Source: an uncultured Bacilli bacterium
GTDB lineage: Bacteria > Bacillota_I > Bacilli_A > RF39 > UBA660
Direction: 5' to 3'
Length of the DNA stretch: 64,000 bases
NCBI GenBank assembly: GCA_934096235.1
Contig: CAKOLO010000005.1
Location: 1,084 to 65,083 of the forward strand
Shown here: piece by piece, positions 58,448 to 64,000 of the stretch
Layout: every line of letters begins with the position of its first letter
Position numbering within the stretch: position 1 is the stretch's first letter
Position numbers and translations under genes: made by a program
The notes under the pieces: model-generated
The model's input: the letters and a program-made list of their open reading frames with translations, nothing else
Database searches by the model: none
Told to the model about the DNA's origin: nothing

Positions 58448-58828
58448 ATGAAAAAACTAAAATTTTTATTAATAATATCATTAATATTTTTAGTATTAAC
58501 AGGATGTACAAAAGAAGAACCTAAAGATTATTTAGAAGAATATAATCAAGCATTAAAAGAACATCAAGAAAAGAATTTACCAGTGTTAACTAAAGAAGAA
58601 ATACAGACTATTGAAAAAGACATAAGCGATAAAATATTCAATGATACTGAAGGAAAATACAAAGATATAGAAGTTATCTCAATAGAGGTAGATGAGAAAA
58701 ATAATCTAGTAGATGTATGTTTAAAAGAAAATACTAAAGAAAATCAAAAGAAATTTAAAGAAAAAGTAAATAATTCAGAATATATAATATTTACAAGTAA
58801 AAGAGATCCTCATGTAGAAGCAAATTAA
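58448..58828 (+). CDS. Small lipoprotein, paralog 3 of 3 (divergent)
   Basis: Lipobox VLTGC. 126 aa. It shares the signal peptide, the AxKEhQxKNLP block and the KEKVNNSEY block with paralogs 1 and 2. Confidence 0.7.
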   Translation: MKKLKFLLIISLIFLVLTGCTKEEPKDYLEEYNQALKEHQEKNLPVLTKEEIQTIEKDISDKIFNDTEGKYKDIEVISIEVDEKNNLVDVCLKENTKENQKKFKEKVNNSEYIIFTSKRDPHVEAN

Positions 58829-58835
58829 TATATGT

Positions 58836-58866
58836 AAAGCATTGTACTTAGACAATGTTTTATTTT
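58836..58866 (+). terminator. Terminator after the third lipoprotein gene
   Basis: AAAGCATTGT-ACTTAG-ACAATGTTTT stem followed by ATTTTG. Confidence 0.6.
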
Positions 58867-58920
58867 GAAAAAGAAGTGTTTTCTAGATTTATGACTAACT
58901 ATAATAATAGGAGGTACATA

Positions 58921-59619
58921 ATGAAAGATAACACTATTAAAGAAATGTTGGAAAGCGAGCGTCCAAGAGAAAGAATGATGTCACTTGGTACAAATAACTT
59001 ATCTAACGAAGAATTAATATCTATAATACTTAAAACTGGTACTAGTGGTTACTCAGTTAAAACTTTATCAAGAAATATTCTAAGTGAATTAGATGATATA
59101 ACATCCCTAAAAGATATGACTATAAATAGACTAACTAAAATAAAAGGAATAGGTAAAGTAAAAGCAATAGAACTTTTATCTGCGATAGAACTAGGTAAAA
59201 GAGTATACTACGCTAATGAACAAAAAGAAGTAGTTCTAAATAACTCAAAAAAGATATTTGAATACTTTAAGAATATTTTTACATACGAAAAACAAGAAAA
59301 CTTCTATGCATTATATCTAGATACTAAGGCAAAACTAATATCATTTAAATTGCTATTTAAAGGAACTCTTAACTCATCAACTGTTCATCCAAGAGAAGTA
59401 TTTAAATATGCATTCTTAGAAAGCGCAGCTAGTGTAGTAGTAATTCATAATCATCCAAGCGGAGACGTAAGTCCTAGTATACAAGATATAGAAGTAACTG
59501 AATCGTTAATGAAAATAGGTTCTATAGTTAAAATACCAGTAATAGATCACATAATAATTGGTAAAGATAAATACTATAGTTTTTATGAATATATGAATAC
59601 ACTCAAGAATAAACTTTAA
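58921..59619 (+). CDS. radC: RadC-family JAMM-motif protein
   Basis: PRERM, helix-hairpin-helix LTKIKGIGKVKAIELL and HNHPSGDVSPSIQD. The start at 58921 follows AGGAGG. Confidence 0.9.
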   Translation: MKDNTIKEMLESERPRERMMSLGTNNLSNEELISIILKTGTSGYSVKTLSRNILSELDDITSLKDMTINRLTKIKGIGKVKAIELLSAIELGKRVYYANEQKEVVLNNSKKIFEYFKNIFTYEKQENFYALYLDTKAKLISFKLLFKGTLNSSTVHPREVFKYAFLESAASVVVIHNHPSGDVSPSIQDIEVTESLMKIGSIVKIPVIDHIIIGKDKYYSFYEYMNTLKNKL

Positions 59620-59620
59620 T

Positions 59621-60178
59621 ATGACATACGAAGAATATAAAAATAAGAAGAATCATAAAGATCCAAATGAAAATAATTTTTTTAGAAATTTGCTTAGTAA
59701 ATTTCTAACTATAGTAGTATTTACTCTTTTAGTAGTAATTATAAGTAATAATAGTCCATCTTTTAAATCATTTATTGTAGACAAAGTATTAAATTCAACA
59801 TTTGATTTTAGTAAGATAAATAAACTAATAAGTAATGTAACAGACATATTTGATACTAAAGATAATACATTAAATGTATCTAAAGTTTATAAAGACAGTG
59901 AAAAATATAAAGATGGTCTTAAATATATTTTAAATGGAGAAGAAAATGTGTATTTGAGTGACTCTGGTATTATAACTTTTATTGGTGAAAAAGAGGGGTA
60001 TAATAATACCATAATAGTACAGCAAAGTAATGGCTATTATGCTTGGTATGGAAATGTAAAAGAAAAAGTTAAACTATATGATTATGTAGAAAAAGGTACT
60101 GTGATAGGTACAGCTACTGATGAATACTATTATGTTCTTTTAAAAGATGATAAACCAGTAAATATAAATGAAAATTAA
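59621..60178 (+). CDS. SpoIVFA-like membrane protein with a degenerate M23/LytM domain
   Basis: One TM segment. The C-terminal LytM-like fold (SGIITFIGEKEGYNNTIIVQQSNGYYAWYGNV...GTVIG) lacks the metal-binding His residues. It lies directly upstream of, and overlaps, an M50 protease gene, as spoIVFA does with spoIVFB. Confidence 0.5.
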   Translation: MTYEEYKNKKNHKDPNENNFFRNLLSKFLTIVVFTLLVVIISNNSPSFKSFIVDKVLNSTFDFSKINKLISNVTDIFDTKDNTLNVSKVYKDSEKYKDGLKYILNGEENVYLSDSGIITFIGEKEGYNNTIIVQQSNGYYAWYGNVKEKVKLYDYVEKGTVIGTATDEYYYVLLKDDKPVNINEN

Positions 60179-60902
60179 TATAAATAATTCTACTTATGTT
60201 TGTTTACTTCTATCCTTTTTAGCAGGCTATTTTGAGTACGTTTATTTGTTTTTATTAACAATTTTAATACATGAATGTGGCCACATGATATTTGCTAAAA
60301 TAATAGGCTTTAAATTCGATAAGATTATACTTTATCCATTTGGTGGTATTACTATTTATAATGAAGACTTAAATGTAAACTCTAATAAAGAATTATTTGT
60401 CTTACTAGGAGGTATTACTTTTCAATTATTATTTTTTTCTTTAGTATTTATACTTTATAATAACTCATTAATAACTGATCATACATACACAATTATTAAA
60501 AGAATAAACATAATACTTATATCTTTTAATTTTATGCCAGTTTTACCACTTGATGGAGGCAAATTAATAAATATAATATTTGATAAAATATTCTCATATA
60601 GACTTTCTAATACTATTAGTATAATAATAAGTATATTTTTTATATGTCTTTTTATATTAAAAAACAAAACAATCTTTGGAATAATTCTAACTTTATTCTT
60701 AATAAAAAGTATTGTTATAGAGGTATTAAATCTTAAATATAAATGTAATAAATTCTTACTAGAACGTTATATAAATAATTATAATTTTAAAAGTACAATA
60801 ATAGTCTCAAGTATATATAAATTTAAAAGAGATAAAAAACATATAATAAATAATACTTTTGAGCACGATTTTTTATGTAAATTATTTGACACAACTAAAT
60901 AA
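60168..60902 (+). CDS. spoIVFB: M50 site-2 metalloprotease, SpoIVFB-like
   Basis: HExxH in LIHECGHMIFA and FMPVLPLDGGKL (NPDG-type motif). Polytopic. Located upstream of rplU as in Bacillus. At 244 aa there is no obvious CBS domain. Confidence 0.65.
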   Translation: MKININNSTYVCLLLSFLAGYFEYVYLFLLTILIHECGHMIFAKIIGFKFDKIILYPFGGITIYNEDLNVNSNKELFVLLGGITFQLLFFSLVFILYNNSLITDHTYTIIKRINIILISFNFMPVLPLDGGKLINIIFDKIFSYRLSNTISIIISIFFICLFILKNKTIFGIILTLFLIKSIVIEVLNLKYKCNKFLLERYINNYNFKSTIIVSSIYKFKRDKKHIINNTFEHDFLCKLFDTTK

Positions 60903-60914
60903 ATATGCTAAAAT
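60886..60914 (+). promoter_or_regulatory. sigma-A promoter of rplU-prp-rpmA, followed by a leader hairpin
   Basis: TTGACA, a 17-nt spacer, then TAAAAT, overlapping the end of the upstream ORF. The ~100-nt leader contains the hairpin TGTAGA...TCTACA and may be an L21-type ribosomal leader. Confidence 0.55.
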
Positions 60915-61014
60915 ATCCATGTTTGTAGAAATCTTTCTCTACAACCGCATTGAGAAGGTTAATAAAAAAGAGCAATCTTACCTTAAGAGCGAGTCTTATT
61001 GAAGGAGGAATAAA

Positions 61015-61314
61015 ATGAAAGCAATATTCGTAACTGGTGGAAAACAATATATGGTTGAAGAAGGACAAGAACTATATATTGAAAAACTAGACAATGAAGT
61101 AGAATCAGAAGTTGTTTTTGATGAAGTTTTATATGTTGATGGTAAAGTAGGTACTCCTACTGTTAAAGGAGCTAAGGTTGTTGCTAAAGTGTTAAAACAC
61201 GGAAAGCAAAAAAAGATTTTAGTATTTAAATATAAACCAAAGAAAAAATATAGAAAAACTCAAGGACATAGACAACCTTATACTAAAATTCTTATCAAAT
61301 CTATTACTAAGTAA
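61015..61314 (+). CDS. rplU: 50S ribosomal protein L21
   Basis: [25 protein letters not shown]. Confidence 0.95.
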   Translation: MKAIFVTGGKQYMVEEGQELYIEKLDNEVESEVVFDEVLYVDGKVGTPTVKGAKVVAKVLKHGKQKKILVFKYKPKKKYRKTQGHRQPYTKILIKSITK

Positions 61315-61631
61315 TGATTAGAGTAGAAGTAAATAAGAAAAATAATGTCATAGAAAGTATTCACTGTATTGGTCATGCGGGATATGCAGATTATGGAAAA
61401 GATATAGTTTGTGCATCTTTTAGTACAATGATTATTACAACAATAAATGCAATACTTGAATTTGACAAAGAAGCTATTAGTTATACTGATACTAATGATT
61501 TAAAAATTATTAATATTAAGAAAGATAATATAACAAATGGCCTACTTAATAACTTAGTTAATATGATATATGAACTAAGAGACAATTATGATAAAAATAT
61601 TAAAGTTAAGGAGGAAAACCAAGATGTTTAA
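61314..61631 (+). CDS. prp: Ribosomal-processing cysteine protease Prp (YsxB)
   Basis: [18 protein letters not shown] (His/Cys dyad), positioned between rplU and rpmA. Confidence 0.8.
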   Translation: MIRVEVNKKNNVIESIHCIGHAGYADYGKDIVCASFSTMIITTINAILEFDKEAISYTDTNDLKIINIKKDNITNGLLNNLVNMIYELRDNYDKNIKVKEENQDV

Positions 61632-61908
61632 AATGAATTTAAATATACAATTATTCGCATCTAAAAAAGGTGTTGGTTCTACAAAGAATGGTAGAGATTC
61701 TGCTGGTCGTAGATTAGGAGCTAAACTTAGTGATGGACAAGTTGCTAAAGCTGGAGCTATTATCTATCGTCAAAGAGGAACTAAAATTTATCCAGGTACT
61801 AACGTAGGTATGGGTAAAGATCATACTTTATATGCTAAAGTTAGTGGAAATGTAAAGTTTGAAAGAAAAGGAAAAGATAAAAAACAAGTTAGTGTTTATG
61901 AGAACTAG
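61624..61908 (+). CDS. rpmA: 50S ribosomal protein L27 with a Prp-cleaved N-terminal extension
   Basis: [26 protein letters not shown]. The start at 61624 follows AAGGAGG. Confidence 0.95.
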   Translation: MFKMNLNIQLFASKKGVGSTKNGRDSAGRRLGAKLSDGQVAKAGAIIYRQRGTKIYPGTNVGMGKDHTLYAKVSGNVKFERKGKDKKQVSVYEN

Positions 61909-61928
61909 AAATAGTTCTCTATTTTTTT
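61900..61928 (+). terminator. Rho-independent terminator after rpmA
   Basis: GAGAACTA-GAAA-TAGTTCTC followed by TATTTTTTT. A second hairpin, AAGCACT-AAAA-AGTGCTT plus a T-run, lies at 61966-61988. Confidence 0.8.
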
Positions 61929-62126
61929 ACAATATTATTAGTAACGAATTAAATTCAACACTACCAAGCACTAAAAAGTGCTTTTTTTATTAAGAAAATC
62001 TAATTTAGCACAAGATAGAGAAAACTCCATGATATACTTTTGTTGTAAATGAAAGGAGAAAATTTTAAATTTTAACACAATAAGAAGAATCACATGATAT
62101 AATGGCAAATAAAAAAGGAGGAAACT

Positions 62127-62483
62127 ATGAAAAAAGAATCAAGCAAAATAACAAACATAACTATTAATGGAAAAGAAGTATATGACACAAAAAATACTTT
62201 AAGTGAAGAAGAAATACTTAAATATTATAATGATCTAGGAAGTTCAAACATACTTTATTTATATGCATACTCATTACTTATGAAAGAAACAAATGACAAA
62301 GACACTTCACTGAAACTAACAGATACACTTATAAAACTAATACTTTGGCTAGAAAATGGATTTAATATGAAATATACAATTAATAATTTAGTAAAAGGAA
62401 TTATAAAAGTATATGAAATTAAAAAAGATGAAATAAATGATTTATCTATAATAGAACTATTAGGAAAAATAAATAATAATTAA
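62127..62483 (+). CDS. Small hypothetical protein (118 aa)
   Basis: RBS AGGAGG, with an extended -10 element TGATATAAT at 62093-62101. It is a distant paralog of the next ORF (shared G..NI..LY.Y..L...K....L.DTL..L.L pattern). Confidence 0.45.
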   Translation: MKKESSKITNITINGKEVYDTKNTLSEEEILKYYNDLGSSNILYLYAYSLLMKETNDKDTSLKLTDTLIKLILWLENGFNMKYTINNLVKGIIKVYEIKKDEINDLSIIELLGKINNN

Positions 62484-62492
62484 GGAGTACTC

Positions 62493-62861
62493 ATGAAAAA
62501 AGAAAAATCAAATATATTTGATAAGATTGTAGAATCTTACCTTGAATACACTAAGGAAGATGATTATGAAGTATTAAATGAGAAATATTTAAAACGTTTA
62601 AGAAAAGCAATAGGTGGATATAATATCACAAGATTATATGAATATGATTGTCTTTCTCTATCATTAAAGAATAAAGAAAACGCATATCCTCTTATGGATA
62701 CATTACAAGAATTATGGTTAGATACAAGAGATATTTTCAAGGAAGAATATGGTATAAGCAAAATAAGTGATATTTTAAATGAAGTGAGTGAAAGAGTAGA
62801 TGATATTTTATCATTAAGCTATGATGAAATTGTAGATGAAATTCAAAAACTAGGATATTAA
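62493..62861 (+). CDS. Small acidic hypothetical protein (122 aa)
   Basis: RBS AAGGAG, 9-nt gap from the upstream ORF. No motif recognised. Confidence 0.45.
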   Translation: MKKEKSNIFDKIVESYLEYTKEDDYEVLNEKYLKRLRKAIGGYNITRLYEYDCLSLSLKNKENAYPLMDTLQELWLDTRDIFKEEYGISKISDILNEVSERVDDILSLSYDEIVDEIQKLGY

Positions 62862-62879
62862 AAGAAGGGAGTTAAATTT

Positions 62880-63155
62880 ATGAAAAGAGTAACTAGACAC
62901 GGAAAGAAAAGAATAAGAGAGAGGGTAGGAGTAAGAAACACAAGATATAACTATAGACAAGCTAGAATGAAAGGACACTATAATTATCAATATGATGGTG
63001 ACTTTAGAAAATTCTTAGACTACTTAGCATACAAAAACAAACATAGAATTACTGTTTATAATAATTATATTTATATAATTAAGAATAACAAACTAGTAAC
63101 AGTTCTGAACGTCCCAGAAAAATACAAAAATTTAACTCCAATATATACTAAATAA
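62880..63155 (+). CDS. Small basic hypothetical protein (91 aa)
   Basis: RBS AAGGGAG. TRHGKKRIRERVG ... ITVYNNYIYIIKNNKLVTVLNVP is reminiscent of small DUF4258/RelE-like toxin folds; this is a weak resemblance. Confidence 0.45.
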   Translation: MKRVTRHGKKRIRERVGVRNTRYNYRQARMKGHYNYQYDGDFRKFLDYLAYKNKHRITVYNNYIYIIKNNKLVTVLNVPEKYKNLTPIYTK

Positions 63156-63170
63156 TAGGTAAATAATGTA

Positions 63171-63198
63171 ACTAAAAAACACTATAATTCATACCATA
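63171..63198 (+). promoter_or_regulatory. sigma-K-like promoter upstream of the coat gene
   Basis: AC (63171-63172), a 17-nt spacer, then CATACCATA (63190-63198), which fits AC-17-CATAnnnTA. Confidence 0.4.
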
Positions 63199-63228
63199 TT
63201 AATGAATAGAAATAAAGGAGTGGATTAT

Positions 63229-63660
63229 ATGTGTAATAATAATAACGACAATAACAATTGCAATAAATGTGATAACTGCATAATGGAAATCCTACAAGTT
63301 ATTAATGTTTTACAGTCTAATGCTTGTCCTGATAGCTGCTTACTTTCTTGTGATAGACCTGCATTAGGTGGAGGAACAAACTGTGTTATATGTAACACTC
63401 GTCCAATAATGTTATATACTTGTGCAGGAAATGGTACACCATTTAGTATGCCAGTTAGTAGAAGTGAAACAGATACTAATAGTAGTGTATTTAGAGTAGA
63501 GAAAATAGATGGATGTTGTTGTACATTTAGAGTACTAGCTAACAATCCAGACACAACATCACTTTATCCTTATGTAAGTACAGACTCATTATTTACAATG
63601 GATTGCAATTGCTTATGTGCGGTAAGATGCTTAAATGATACATTCATAGAATGTGTATAG
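63229..63660 (+). CDS. Cys-rich spore coat/exosporium protein, CotY/CotZ/ExsY family
   Basis: CDNCIMEILQVINVLQ, VFRVEKIDGCCCTFRVL and MDCNCLCAVRCLND parallel the CotZ pattern (FRVE..G.C.....L and DLDCFCAINCLN). The start at 63229 follows AAAGGAG. Confidence 0.65.
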   Translation: MCNNNNDNNNCNKCDNCIMEILQVINVLQSNACPDSCLLSCDRPALGGGTNCVICNTRPIMLYTCAGNGTPFSMPVSRSETDTNSSVFRVEKIDGCCCTFRVLANNPDTTSLYPYVSTDSLFTMDCNCLCAVRCLNDTFIECV

Positions 63661-63685
63661 AGTTCTTAAATGAACTCTTTTTTTT
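63659..63685 (+). terminator. Rho-independent terminator after the coat gene
   Basis: AGAGTTC-TTAAAT-GAACTCT followed by a T-run. Confidence 0.8.
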
Positions 63686-63752
63686 GTAAAAACAATTGAA
63701 AAATTAATCAAAATAATATTATAATATATTTATATATAGAATAGGTGATAAA

Positions 63753-64000
63753 GTGCAAAAAATAATTGATTATACAAAACAATATATTGGAGTTATCTCT
63801 ATAGTACTAGCATTATGTATTTTGCTTACTTATAGTCTTTCATATTTCAAAGTAAATATTGATAATAAAAGAGCAGCTGAAATGTATATTGGTGAACTTA
63901 AGTATTCAATGACTATAGAAGGAAATAGTACAAATACTTTAAGTGTTCCTTCAGGTGAAACAATAGTAGACATAGATTTAACTAATCAAAATGAAATAAA
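63753..64000 (+). CDS. 5' part of a secreted protein with a SipW-class-like signal region (runs off the window)
   Basis: The GTG start is 4 nt after AGGTGA, and the frame stays open to the window end. ISIVLALCILLTYSLSYFKVN...IGELKYSM...SVPSGETIVDIDLTN parallels the N-terminus of the 8044 ORF. It is not in the ORF track. Confidence 0.4.
   Translation, partial: MQKIIDYTKQYIGVISIVLALCILLTYSLSYFKVNIDNKRAAEMYIGELKYSMTIEGNSTNTLSVPSGETIVDIDLTNQNEI

Larger units (their letters stand above)
57358..58828 (+). repeat. Tandem triplication with a 545-bp period (lipoprotein gene plus spacer)
   Basis: Gene starts at 57358, 57903 and 58448 are exactly 545 nt apart. The 149-nt spacers 57754-57902 and 58299-58447 differ at a single position. 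Confidence 0.9.

Noticed and set aside
63225-63554. Minus-strand 109-aa ORF
   Set aside because: It is antisense to the CotY/Z-like gene, which has the RBS, terminator and family motifs.
1-64000. Scan for CRISPR arrays, rRNA, tRNA, transposases and integrases other than Xer
   Set aside because: I found no regularly spaced direct repeats, no GC-rich cloverleaf-like segments, no rRNA-like stretches beyond the doubtful 40-nt patch at about 9358, and no transposase-like ORFs.

Overview
This window is a very AT-rich chromosomal segment from an endospore-forming Firmicute; the species cannot be determined from the sequence alone. The backbone is core genes, and their order recalls Bacillus and Clostridium. 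The core genes are: der, an ABC exporter, tlyA, the str operon (rpsL-rpsG-fusA-tuf), helD, rpsO-pnp, comEA-comEC, a Xer recombinase, tdk, ppdK, rnhC, tmk-thyA-folA, a SEDS protein, rplS-lepB, rbgA, lon, spoVID/ysxE-like genes, ylbJ/ylbL-like genes, radC, spoIVFA/FB-like genes, rplU-prp-rpmA and a CotY/CotZ-like coat gene. I saw no rRNA, tRNA, CRISPR array, transposase or integrase. Several accessory patches interrupt the backbone. (1) At 54.4-58.8 kb a membrane-bound XRE regulator, a secreted protein and an alpha-lytic-type S1 protease precede a 545-bp tandem triplication encoding three small lipoproteins; the non-coding spacers of that array are better conserved than the ORFs. (2) At 50.0-52.4 kb there is a three-gene prepilin operon with no assembly genes in the window, led by a 411-aa pilin-like protein. 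(3) Two proteins carry TasA/camelysin-type (SipW-class) signal peptides, one fused to a DUF6273-like domain (8.0-9.3 kb) and one cut by the window end. (4) At 18.5-20.1 kb there is a thioester-domain adhesin with an NPSTG sorting signal. (5) At 27.6-30.1 kb an ORF6N protein, a truncated Sfp-type PPTase, a holin-like protein and an M23 peptidase form a stand-alone lysis-type cassette. (6) A 6.9-kb decay-rich island between lepB and rbgA holds at least five gene remnants, a frameshifted dinD, a rhuM-plus-small-ORF pair, and a stray copy of the rbgA 5' end that marks a recombination junction. (7) At 62.1-63.2 kb there is a tight operon of three small unknown proteins. Ribosomal protein S12 also carries Ile in place of the conserved Pro of the KDLPGVRYH loop. 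All functional calls rest on motifs I recognised in the translations; no searches were run.
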